Below, one piece after another: positions 52,908 to 64,000 of a stretch of 64,000 bases of DNA. Every line of letters begins with the position of its first letter. The stretch's first letter is position 1. Below the pieces are notes generated by a model that was given only the letters and a program-made list of their open reading frames with translations, was not told where the DNA came from and did no database searches. The translations under genes were made by a program, and so were the position numbers. Source of the DNA: Felis catus (taxonomy: Eukaryota); the NCBI RefSeq assembly GCF_018350175.1, contig NC_058372.1, positions 30,380,001 to 30,444,000 on the forward strand. Direction: 5' to 3'.

Positions 52908-53927
52908 GTCAGAGGGTGTTTGTTTCAATTGGCGAGGGGGACCTGAGCGGTAAGCTCTGGGTGGAGAAAGAACAACCTACTACTCGTGGCCAGGGTTGCC
53001 AGATGGAGGTGGGGAGCTTCCTATGACACACGGGACTCTCACATCACTTGTCAAAGACCTCAACTGCCTAGGACCTCAGGCATCAAATTCTTGCCTCCCT
53101 GAGGAGAGAGGATGCTGCTAATGGCAGTATCTGGGTCACTAGGAGGTAGGGGCAAAACATGGTCAAGTGACCCAAGTGTTTGAGGGCTAGGGTGGGGCTT
53201 AGATGGCTGCTAACACGAGGGTGGGTGGGTGAGACCAGGATGTGGTTCCCCTATCTTCTGAGGTTCAAGAAGACCAACGCTTTACTCAGAATAAGGCTCC
53301 AGAAACCCTCCTGGGCTCAGAGCTAACCTACTTCCCCTCATCTTGGCTCAGCAGTGCCCAGGCCCATCCCATCTGTTCCCTTTAGGCTGGCCCTCCCCCA
53401 AGGCTGCTCTAGAAATTCTATAATGGAGGGGATTAGGAGAAGCAAGCTGATTGGTGGTGGCAGCAGGTGGTTGCTAGGGTCTTTGTTTGGAAGGTTCATT
53501 TGCATAGCAATCAACCTGTTTTACTTAGATTGTGTGGACTTGGGTGGTTTGGCCAAGTGCAAGGGATGGAGAGATTTGTACTCTTTCATATTCAGGTCTC
53601 CATTAAAGGAGTATACCTCTCGCTGAGGGCTGCTTTACCCTATTGTGTTCTGCAAGCACTTATCACTCACCAGTAAACCGACTCATTTATTATTTTATTC
53701 ACTACTTAGCTAGCATTTCTTGAGAAACTACCAAGTGCTCATTACATGAAAAATACTCTTACAGACACTAAGGAAAGACATTGAGTTCATAACTCCAGGG
53801 TTATGTAGGGAATGGTACAAGAATATACCACACATTCTTGTAAATGCATTACACACCAAATGAGATAGCACAGCATCTAGAAAAGGAGGGTTACGTATAC
53901 AATGCTCCTCATGAGACATGGGCACAA

Positions 53928-53952
53928 AGGGTTAGGGTTAGGGTTAGGGTTA
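53928..53952 (+). repeat. Short interstitial telomeric repeat (GGGTTA)4
   Basis: AGGGTTAGGGTTAGGGTTAGGGTTA. Confidence 0.9.
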
Positions 53953-54340
53953 ACAACCCTCACCCCACAGTTCTGGCTCCTTTTATATTAATACATCTTC
54001 TTCCCTTTGTGTCCCTGTTTCTAGCTCTGTTTCACAATACATTCGTGGATTGCAATTCCCAGTCTTCCCTGCAGTGATCTGGAGTTTTGTCTTGGGGAAA
54101 CAGTAATCGCATGGTTAAGAATGCTGGCTTGGAGTCAGGCTGGGTTCTAATGCAAAATCCCCAACAAACTAGTTATATGATCTTGAACAAATTATTTAAC
54201 CTCTCTGAACCACCTGCACAAGAACATAGGCCACATAATCTGGGAAGGACTGACTTGATCTTTCTCCATCAGGAGACTGGCTTCCTCTTCAGGGCCTCTA
54301 ACCTGAGGGTGTGGAATTGAGGTGTCATGGCTAGGCAAGG

Positions 54341-54358
54341 GCTGCCCCCTGGTGGTCA
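54341..54358 (-). promoter_or_regulatory. Strong candidate CTCF site upstream of NCR3
   Basis: Minus strand TGACCACCAGGGGGCAGC, a near-perfect CTCF consensus. Confidence 0.75.
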
Positions 54359-55145
54359 TGGAGCCTGGGGAGTCCTGAGACACCCAGAAGTGGTTTTTCT
54401 CAAAAGGGCCTGAATTCCAGCTTCCGTCCAGTCCCTTACCTTGCCTCATCCTATCAACAGACCATCTCCACCCCAAAGAGTCAATACGGAAGAAATGGTT
54501 TCTTCTACTCAACTATGATAAGCAACTTGAGGAGGGAGCAGAAATCACCACCAGTGGACTGGGGCTGTAGGGCTGGGAAGCGCCACTGGCCTGAAGATAA
54601 AACTCCATACTTCTACAGTACAGGCTCAATCACATGGCACTGCTCCATGTCTCAGGACAATGCGGCTTTGAAGTCAAGTCAGCCTAAGTTGGAGCCCTGG
54701 TTCCCCTGCTTACACATCTGTGAATGTGAATAGCATCTGTCAATTTCCAGACTTCACTGTCCTGGATGCTCAGTGTATGTTAGTCCCTAGCCCCTCCCCA
54801 GTCTGGGGCTAGGATGACCATGGTTAAGCTCTGCCTGAACTCAAGGGTATCTTGCTCTCTCTACCTCTTTTCTGTACCTAAGATTTCCAATATCCAAAAA
54901 TGTTGTGGATTCCAAAGATTGTACTTGGATTTTTTTTTTTAAGTCCATCTACAATAAATCCTAGTAGAAGTGTAGATTCAAGGACCCTTTTCAATAACTC
55001 TGAGACTCTCTAAGGAACTTTAACCTGCAGGACAGGAACTGATGCACTAATCAGCACAAGGATGCAATTTTTTACCAGGGACTCAAGAGGAAAGCCAATG
55101 AATAAAGAAGTTGTGAAGTAGATGTATATACATCTGTGATCTAAC

Positions 55146-55184
<39 letters not shown>

Positions 55185-55310
55185 TTTGAAACCAACTTTT
55201 TTTTTTAAAGATTTTATTTTTAAGTAGTCTCTATACCCAACACGGGGCTTGAATTCACAACCCCAAGATCAAGAGTCCATGCTTTACTGACTGAGCCAGC
55301 CAGGCACCCC
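55146..55310 (-). mobile_element. (TTAT)10 followed by a short CanSINE
   Basis: Read directly; the SINE head GGGGTGCCTGGCTGGCTCAG lies on the minus strand. Confidence 0.8.
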
Positions 55311-55699
55311 TCTGATCCAGCTTCTTTAACACCTCACTCTAGGCTGCCTTGAGGGTGGCCAGGACCAATTAACAAATAACTCAGAGCTCAGAGCAGGAAA
55401 AGAGGTGAAGACACAGAAGGAACTCTGGAATCCTAGCACAGCCACCCCACCTCACCTGGGGTTCCTTCCTGTGTTGGTAGTGGTGAGATGTGGTGGACTT
55501 CTCCTCTGGCCAAGTCTTTTTAAACATTTTCAACTAATTCGTGGCCCCCAGGTTCTACTTTCAACCTCTAACCACAGCTACTCTTGAGGTTCCTGCATCG
55601 GACCTCACCACCTTCAGTCTCCTTGCCCTCATTGTCTAATCTCCTTCACATTCACCAAGAGCAGGCACCTAACTCTCTAGCTTCCTCTCTGTTCCAGCC

Positions 55700-56620
55700 T
55701 CTGCTATCTCTCTGGGAGACTCAATGTCCATGTAAATGGTATTTCTAAACATTGAGGTGTAATTCTTTGCAGTAAAATGCACAGATCTTAGATGTACAGT
55801 TTGATATCCTCTGGCAAATCTACACATCCATGTAAACAACATTGCAAATGAGATACAGATCATTTCCATCACCCCAGAAAATTCCCCCATGTCTCTTTTA
55901 GGTCAATCCCTCTCCCCTCCCAGAACCAACCACTGATTTATACCCCTGTAGATTTATATCCCTATATTATGCCTCTATTCTTGAACTTCATGTAAGTGTA
56001 ATCATATAGTACACACTCCTGCATATGGCTTCTTTCAGTCTGTATAATGTCTGTGAGATTCATTTATTGTTGCATGTATCGGTAGCTTGGTTGTTTGTTG
56101 TTTTTTTTTTTAATGCTTATTTATGCATTTTTGAAAGACAGCAGGAGAGGGGCAGAGAGAAAAAGAGACAGAGAATCCCAAGCAGGCTCCGCGCTGTCAG
56201 TGAATAGCCCCATGTGGGGCTCAAACTCATAAACCATGAGATCAAAACCTGAACTGAAATGAAGAGTCTGATGTTGGGGCATGTGGGTGGCTCTGTCAGT
56301 TAAGCATCTGACTTCAGCTCAGGTCATGATTTTGCGGTCCTTGGGTTAGAGTCCCACATCAGGCTCTGTGCTGACAGCTCAGAGCCTGGAGCCTGCTTCG
56401 GGTTATGTGTCTCCCTCTCTCTCTGCCCCTCACCCACTCACTCTCTGTCTCTCGAAAATAAATAAACGTTAAAAAGAGAGAGACAGAGAGAGTCTGATGC
56501 TTAGCTGACTGAGTCACCCCGGTGCCCCAGTAGCCTGTTCCTTTTTATTGCCAAGTGGTATTCCATAATACAGATGTACCACAGTTTATTTATCCACTCA
56601 TCTAATGATGTGCAACTGGG
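55700..56620 (-). mobile_element. Old L1 3' end containing a - CanSINE that is itself interrupted by a + CanSINE (56276-56488)
   Basis: TSD AGAGTCTGATG at 56263-56273 and 56489-56499; L1 motif ATTTCCATCACCCCAGAAAATTCCC. Confidence 0.8.
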
Positions 56621-56929
56621 TTGTATGAACATTCTCACATGTCTTGCAAATGATCTTTCAATACACTAATTTCACAGTTGCTCTACCTTGTCTACTCCAA
56701 CCACCACCTTGATTCTACATGGCCTACACCGTAAGTCATGTTACCACGGTTGGAATCTTACCTCCCCTTTCCCAGGGACATAAATCGATCAGGCCTGAGT
56801 CCCTCCAGACTCCTGTAACCTATGCATGTGCTTTCACACACAATTCAGCTGTTGGAGACTTCTGAGTTTTTTCTCTTTCACTTTCATTCAACAAATTTTG
56901 AATTTACCATCTACCATGGGGCTCACCTA

Positions 56930-57830
56930 GGCAATCTTGTTGTACGTAGCCAGTTTTTACTACTTCTTATTCCCTGTCAAGTCTCCAGTCTGTATCTCCA
57001 TCTCCGTCTACACCTTCACCTCAGGCCTCTTTTTTTTTTTTTTTACATTGTTTAAAATTTATTTTTGATAGAGACAGAGCACAAGTGGGGAAGGGCAGAG
57101 AGAGACAGATACACAGAATCCAAGGCAGGTTCCAGGCTCTGAGCTGTCAGCACAGAGCCTGATGCGGGGCTCTAACTCACAAACCGTGAGATCATGACCT
57201 GAGCCAAAGTTGGACGCCTAACCGACTGAGCCACCCAGGTGCCCCTTAGGCCTCTTTCTTGACACCTGAGTCCAGAATATCTACCTGCCCTCTAGATATC
57301 TCCTCCAGAGTGTTTCACAGGCATTTCAAAATCATCCGTGTCCACCCAAACTGGGTCAGCTTCCTATATTCCCCATCTCGGTGAATGGAAACACAGTCCA
57401 CCCCATCACTTAAGGTAAAAACGTGGAATTTATATGGGCGCCTGGGTGGCTCAGTCAGTTGAACGTCCAACTTCGGCCCAGGTCATGATCTCACAGTTTG
57501 TGGGTTCAAGCCCCACGTCGGGCTGCATGCTGACAGCTCAGAGTCTGGAGCCTGCTTGGGATTCTGTCTCTCTCTCTCTCTCTCTCTCTGCCCCTCCCTG
57601 GCTTGTGCTGTCTCTCAAAAATTAGTAATTAAACATAAAAAAAAAAAAACCTGGGATTTGTGTTTTTCTACTTTCTCCCTCAGTTCCCCGATCCTATCCA
57701 TCTCCAAATCCTGTCCATTCTGCCTCTGAAATATCTTGGGTATTTTCCCACCTCTTAATTCTCACTGCTAGTCAAGGCCCTCGTTACCTCAGTACGAAAC
57801 TAGTACAATTGCTTCTCTAATGGACAGTGT
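56930..57830 (+). mobile_element. L2 fragment with CanSINEs (about 57040-57246 - and 57436-57650 +)
   Basis: CCATCTCCAAATCCTGTCCATTCTGCCTCTGAAATATCT L2 signature. Confidence 0.7.
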
Positions 57831-57888
57831 GGTTTCTTCTCAATATCCATTCCACACCTCCCTCTCCAAGCGTGGAGGCTCAACCATC

Positions 57889-58363
57889 CATTCAACAATG
57901 CTTTTACTGTGTTCCGTCCACATGCCAGACATTCTGTCTTCATCTTCCCTATGTCTTTCTTCACCTCTCCCCTTCTCTTGTATCTCCCACATCTGTGTCC
58001 ACAACTCCTTCTTCTCACTATCTTTATTCGTATAACTTGTTTCTTCCCTATGTCTCTATCCACACCCTATATCTCTCTACACATCTTTACCCAGCCCCCC
58101 TCACCCCTACACACATACATTTGCTTATTCACTAATTCATTCATTCAGCAAATATTTGGTGAGTGCCTACCATGTGCCAGGTACCTATCTCTCCAGTCCT
58201 GTCTCTCTCTTCCCCCATTTCTCTCTATATTCTTTCTGTTTCCCCATCTTCCAGCACATCTCTTTCCCCCACCCATCTCACTCTCCTCCTCCCCATTTCT
58301 CTCTGGGTGGGGGAATGAGCCAAGGCTGGCAACGCACTCACCTTTTTTCCTCTGGGGACCCAT
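57889..58363 (-). pseudogene. Inverted, diverged fragment homologous to the TNF exon 1 3' end and intron 1
   Basis: 43/50 ungapped identity between 58341-58292 and TNF 38848-38897, plus four further collinear exact anchors; GPQRKK|GTGAGT versus TNF GPQREE|GTGAGT. Confidence 0.8.
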
Positions 58364-58459
58364 TGCTACCTCTACCAAAAAGCATTCCCTGACTCCACCA
58401 GACTGGCTGGGACCACTCCCAGATGCCCTCAGATTCTCAGTACAAGGTTCTTTAAAAAA

Positions 58460-61400
58460 AATAAATAAATAACCTACAATATTAAAGGAAAACTTTAACT
58501 CACGTCCATCAGAAACTGACAAATCAAACAGGCAAATAATTACTAACAACACAGAAGAGTGAAACTGGATAGTTAACAAGCTTGATCTAGAAGAAATATG
58601 TAGGATCCTAGAAAAACTAGAAAATATGTATTTTTTTTTCAGGTACAACATAGACACTTAGAAAAAAAAGAATCAAAATCATATAAACCACAATTGCTGC
58701 CCAAAAGCCATGACAATTTAAGAACAATAACAAAGAATATTTATTATATGCTTAGAAATTTTTTTAATGTTTTTTAATGTACTTTTAAACTTTAGAAATC
58801 TACCTGTAATGAAAATGTTAAACAAGATATTATAATAGAATTTAAAATATTTGAACTGGGGGCACCTGGGTGGCTGAGTCAGTTAAGTGTCTGATTCTTG
58901 ATCTTGACATGATCTCAAGGTTCCTGGTTTTGAGCCCCACATCCTGCTTTATGTTGACAGCATGGAGCTTCCTTGGGATTCTGTCTCTCCCTTTCTCTGC
59001 CCCTCCCCCACTTGTTTTCTCCCTCTCTCTCTGTCTCTCTCTCTCAAAATAAATAAACTTTTAAAAAATTAAAATAAAATATTTTGAACTGAATGACAGT
59101 GAAAACACTGCCTATCTAAACTATGGAATGTAGCTAGAACAATTCATGAAAAAAATAAATGTGTATATTAGGAAGGAAAATTCGAAAGTCATTGAATTGG
59201 ACAGGTATTTCAAGAAATTAGAAAAAGAGCACAGAACAATCCTAAAAAATTAAGAAAGAAAATAATAAAGATACTTTTAGAAATTAATGAAATAGGGGAG
59301 CCTGGGTGGCTCAGTTGCTTAAGCAACTGATTTTGACTCAGGTAGTGATCTCACACTCGTGAGATAGAAATTGAGCCCACAGTTGCTTAGGATTCTCTCT
59401 TTCCCTCTACCCCGGCCCCCACTCACAGTCTCTCTCAAATAAAAAAAAAATTTAATATGAAATTTATTGTCAAATTGGTCTCCATACAACACCCAGTGTT
59501 CATCCCGAAAGGTGCCTTCCTCAATACCCATCACCCACTTTCCCCTCCTCCACTACCCCCCATCAACCCTCAGTTTATTCTCAGTATTTAAGAGTCTCTT
59601 ATGGTTTGCCTTCAAATAAAAATTTTTAAAAATTAATGAAAAATAGGGGCGCCTGGGTGGCTCAGTCGGTTAAGCGTCCGACTTCGGCTCAGGTCATGAT
59701 CCCGCGGTCGGTGAGTTCGAACCCCGCGTCGGGCTCTGGGCTGATGGCTCAGAGCCTGGAGCCTGCTTCCGATTCTGTGTCTCCCTCTCTCTCTGACCCT
59801 CCCCCGCTCATGCTCTGTCTCTCTCTGTCTCAAAAATAAATAAACGTTAAAAAATTAAAAAAAAATTAATGAAATATAGAAGAAAATAGAGGGGTGCCTG
59901 GGTTGCTCAGTGGATTGAGCATCCAACTCCTGCTGGGGTCATGATCTCATGGTTCATGGGTTCGAGCCCTCGTCGGGCTCTGTGCTAACAGCACAGAGCC
60001 TGCTCCGAATTCTTGGTTTCCCTCTCTCTCTGCCCCTCTGCCACCCCTCTCAAAAATAAAACGAACATTTAAAAAAAGAAAAGAAAAGAAAAAATAGAGC
60101 AGAAAAAATATATATATTTACAAAGGCTACGAATATTAAAAAATCTCTGACCAGGGTTGCCTTCGTGGCTCAGTCACTTAAGCGCGACTCTTGATTTCGG
60201 GTCAGGTCATGATATCACAGTTTGTGGGTTTGAGCCCAAGCCCTGCATCAGGCCCCAAGATGACAAGACCAAGCCTGCTTGGGATTCTCTTTCCCTCTCT
60301 CTCTGCCCTTTCCACATTTGCGCTCTCTCTCTCTCTTTCAAAATAAATAAATAATAAATAAAAACTTTATTAAAAAAAAAATTTAGCCACCAGTGGGGTG
60401 CCTGGCTGGCTCAGTCAGAAGAGCATGTGATTCTTAATCTTGGGGTCATGAGTTCGAGCCCCATGTTGAATGTAGAGATTACTTAAATAAACTTAGAAAA
60501 AAAATTTAGCCATCAAAAAAAAATCACCAAACCCAGATAGTTATGAAACTTCCAAACCAGAGATCATTCCAGTCATATAAAAATTATTCTAGCTGTCAGG
60601 AAACAGGAAAAGTTTCTCAACTTAATTCATGAGATTAATGTAATCTTCATACAAAAGCCAGGCAAGGGCAAATTGAGAAAGTAAAATTATAAAACAATTT
60701 CACTCATGAATATAGATGCAAGAAAAAAAAGAACTTAATAAAAATATTTAAAAACCTAAACCAAAATTGAATAAATAATACAAAACAACCTAACCAGTGT
60801 TTATCCTAGGAAAGTAATTCACTATTCATGCAATTTCTAATTCTGTTCATGCAATTCATTGCATTAAGAGATTAAGGAGGAAAATCCATCTGACCATCGC
60901 AGTCAATACAATAAAAGCGGTTGACAGATTTTGTTCATGATAACTACTCAAATTCTATAAGCAGGAAAAAACCCATTTCACAAGTCATTTATGATTTTTA
61001 AAATTATGGGCACCTGGGTGCTCAGTTGGTTAAGCGACCGACTTTGACTCAGGTCATGATCTCATAACCCGTGGGTTCGAGTCCTGTGTCGGGCTCTGTG
61101 CTGACAGCTCAGAGTCTGGAGCCTGCTTTGGATTCTGTGTCTCCCTCTCTCTGACCCTCCCCTGTTCATGCTCTGTCTCTCTGTCTCAAAAATAAGTAAA
61201 CATTAAAAAAATTAAAAAAAAAAAAACAATTATGAATGTATGTCTTTATTCTCCCATGAAATTTAGTGTTCACTTTCGTTTTTATTTTTTTTAACATTGA
61301 TTTTTGAGAGACAGAGTGAGAGAGAGCACCAGTGGGGGAGGGGTAGAGAGAGGGGGAGACACAGAATCTGAAGCAGGCTCCATCAGAGCCCAACAACAGG

Positions 61401-61475
61401 CTCGAACTCACTGACTGTGAGATCTTGACCTGAGCTGAAGTCCGACGCTCAACCCACTGAGCCACTAAGGCACCC
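58460..61475 (+). mobile_element. Degenerate L1 ORF2 fragment carrying at least 8 CanSINEs and a feline L1 3' end (-, about 59445-59612)
   Basis: A-rich L1 ORF2 relics (CAAAAGCCAGGCAAGG; CAATTTCACTCATGAATATAGATGCAAG); the reverse complement of 59445-59612 is the feline L1 3'UTR (GGCAAACCATAAGAGACTCTTAAATAC...AATAAATTTCATATT). Confidence 0.8.
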
Positions 61476-61799
61476 TAGTGTTCACTTTTGAAATAGTTTT
61501 GTATTTTTCTTCTGCGTCTTTCTTCCTGTTCGCATTCATACCCTCTTGTTATCTATCATCTGTTCTCTGAGTACTTGTATTTCTGATGTGTGTCCTTCCT
61601 TCACTGCTAAAAGGCTACACCAAGTTTTGTTGTGTTTCAATTCATGATGGAATTTTGGGTTACAATTTCCACGAGGTTTTGGCCATGTATTTCTGGTGCG
61701 TTGTCATCTGTCAGTAAATTGTGTTGCTCTTTTTTTTACCTTTTTTCTCATAGCTAATGGAATACAGTCTTTGTTCATTTCTTTTTCTTTTTTTTTTTT

Positions 61800-62233
61800 T
61801 TTCCTTTTTCTTTTTCTAAAGAAACTGTATGTCCAATGTGGGACTTGAACTCAGGACCCTGAGTTCAAGAGTCATGCTCTACCAACTGAGCCAGCCAGGT
61901 GCTTTTTTTTTTCTTCAAATGTTCATTTCTTTTCGTCACTCATATTTAAATGAGATCGAGTTTTCTCAACTGTTGGCAGGCGTGCCTTGTGAGGGGGGGT
62001 GAGGAGAGGGTCCAAGATGGATTTCCAGATTTACAAGTTCAAGGGCTCCTCCACTTTTGCCATAACCGTGGATTATTTCCTTAAAATTTGGCACCCGTAG
62101 GGTGCCTTGGTGGCTCGGTCAGTCAAGCTACTGAGTCTCAGTTTCAATTTCGGCTCAGGTTGTGATCTCAGGGTTTCCTGAGGTTGAACCCTGCCTCAGG
62201 CTCTGCGCTGCCAGTGTGGAGCCTGCTTGGGAT

Positions 62234-62275
<42 letters not shown>

Positions 62276-62950
62276 TCTCTCTCTGCCCCTCCCCTACTCA
62301 CGCTGTCTCTGTCTCTCTCAAAATAAATAAATAAACTTAAAAAAAATTTTTTTAATTTGGCACTCCTATACGGCCACTACCTTCTCTGCATCTGAGAGCA
62401 TCTCCTAGTTAAGCAAGTGTTTACCCCCAACCTGACGCTTCTTTATTTCCCAGGAGGCCTCACAGGCCGTCATCACCCAAGTGTGCATAATGTTTGGGTG
62501 ATGCACTTAACATTAAGGAGAATTTGGGGGCACAGTCGGTTGGGTGTCCGACTTCGGCTTAGGTCATGAACTCGTGGTTTGGGAGTTCAAGCCCCTTGTC
62601 GGGCTCTGCTCTGATGGTTCTGAGCCTGCTTGGGATTCTCCCTCTCCCTATCTCTCTGTCCCTTCCCCACTTTCTCTCTCTTGCTCTCTCTCTCTCTCTC
62701 TCTCTCTCTCCCTAAATAAATAAATAAACTTTAAATAAATTTAAAAAAAAAAAAGAATTTTGCTGGCACTTTCTGATATCTGCCACCTCTGGGTCCCTTC
62801 AGGCCCTTAGTTATTTTTATTTATTTTTAAAATGTTTATTTATTTATACTGAGAGAGAGAGAAAGAACACACTTGCGAGCGAGAGAGCAGGGGAGGGGCA
62901 GAGAGGCAGAGAGAAAATCCCAAGCAGGCTCCGTCTGCACTGTCAGCGCA
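61800..62950. mobile_element. CanSINE cluster (4 copies)
   Basis: - copy about 61800-61900; + copies 62099-62345 and 62526-62755; partial - copy 62815-62950. Confidence 0.85.
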
Positions 62951-63241
62951 GGAGCTGACATTCTCCCTCCTTTAAAACATTCTCTCTCCACCTTTTACCA
63001 ATACTCGAGTCCATTTAATCAGCCCTGCGCTCAGGTTTTCCTTCTCCGGGTGATGCCCTTCCTCCCAGGAAGGAGTATTTGTTTTTTTCAGAGCTGTCAC
63101 TTGGACCCTCCTTCTCTCCCTAATCTTCCCTGACACGTTGCTGGGGACTGCCTCTGCCTTTTCAGTGTGGAATTTGGGCACACGTACTCATAATTTGGAG
63201 TCTGTAGGTGTGTCGGGTGTCCTAGTTTCAGTGAAAATGTA

Positions 63242-63266
63242 GTGTGTGTGTGTGTGTGTGTGTGTG
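63242..63266. repeat. (GT)12 microsatellite
   Basis: Read directly from the sequence. Confidence 0.95.
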
Positions 63267-63842
63267 AGTGTGTGAGACACCAATCTCCTTATCGCTCTGT
63301 ATGGTTTCCAGGAGACAAGAGGTGAAATTTAGGAGTAAACTGCTGCTGTGCTCCCCTCAAAGCCCTACAAGGAGGCTTTTTAGAAAAGAAAAGGCTTTCA
63401 GTAAGGCCGAGGTTTTCACCTGGCTTCAAGGAGAGCATCTTGTTAAGCCCCTGGGTCTGGTGCACACGCCAGGAAACCCTTTTACCCATTGACAGTGAGA
63501 AACAGCTGCAGAAATCCATTTCTCCCCAGACCCTCACACTCCCTCCATACAGACATGTGCGCACGGCATCAGTCAGAGTCTGGGGGAAAACAGGAAACAG
63601 CACCCTCAAATTAGGTTGAGGAGCTCATTTATTTACAAAGCTGTCAGTGGGGTAGAGGGGAATCACAAGGGATATTACCACCCCAGGTTCAAAGGAATGA
63701 GGGAAGAAAAAGATTACGTCAGAGATTCTAACTCATTTTGTACCGCAGATGTCTTTGGCATTCTGGTAAAGCATAAAATAAAAAATATATAACAAAGTAA
63801 ACCCATTATAGTTACAAAAATATTAATTAAAAGTTGCAATAG

Positions 63843-63943
63843 AGGGGCGCCTGGCTGGATCAGGTGGATGAGCATGTGACTCTTGATCTCCAGATTGTGA
63901 ATTCAAGCCCCACCTTGGGTTAGAGATTACTAAAAATAAATAA

Positions 63944-63982
<39 letters not shown>

Positions 63983-64000
63983 AATCTTCAAAAATAAAAG
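63843..64000 (+). mobile_element. Short CanSINE with an expanded (TAAA)n tail
   Basis: GGGGCGCCTGGCTGG head; (TAAA)n at about 63935-63982. Confidence 0.85.

Noticed and set aside
58135-58185. Explaining the TNF-like segment purely as an L2 3' tail
   Set aside because: An L2 tail does account for this sub-segment, but not for the exon-donor junction match or the other collinear anchors.
17842-61465. Many 60-110 aa ORFs starting MAQSV... or containing TSAQVMIS
   Set aside because: These are translations of CanSINE consensus sequence, not genes.
63280-63720. Possible LTR relic at the right end of the window
   Set aside because: The composition is suggestive but I cannot match it to a named family or find LTR termini.

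Overview
Mammalian genomic DNA from the MHC class III / TNF cluster of a felid. The species call rests on dense feline-type CanSINEs, a feline L1 3' end and a near-cat TNF protein. Gene order: DDX39B (-, partial, hosting snoRNAs SNORD117 and SNORD84), ATP6V1G2 (-), NFKBIL1 (+), LTA (+), TNF (+), LTB (-), LST1 (+), NCR3 (-), then a repeat-rich intergenic stretch. Every visible exon was delimited by hand at GT-AG boundaries and the assembled CDSs stay in frame. Five N runs hide parts of DDX39B exons 5 and 6, NFKBIL1 exon 4, the TNF proximal promoter and TNF exon 4. The best unexplained signal is an inverted, diverged copy of the TNF exon 1 end plus intron 1 at about 57.9-58.4 kb, whose donor is phase-compatible with NCR3 exon 2. 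Other notable signals: a stop-free, in-frame 66-codon LTB intron 2; three remodelled alternative NCR3 tails; a DDX39B poison-exon candidate; convergent CTCF motifs bracketing the cytokine genes; and an exact telomeric G4 22-mer upstream of NCR3. Gene names and human or mouse comparisons come from recalled sequences, not database searches.
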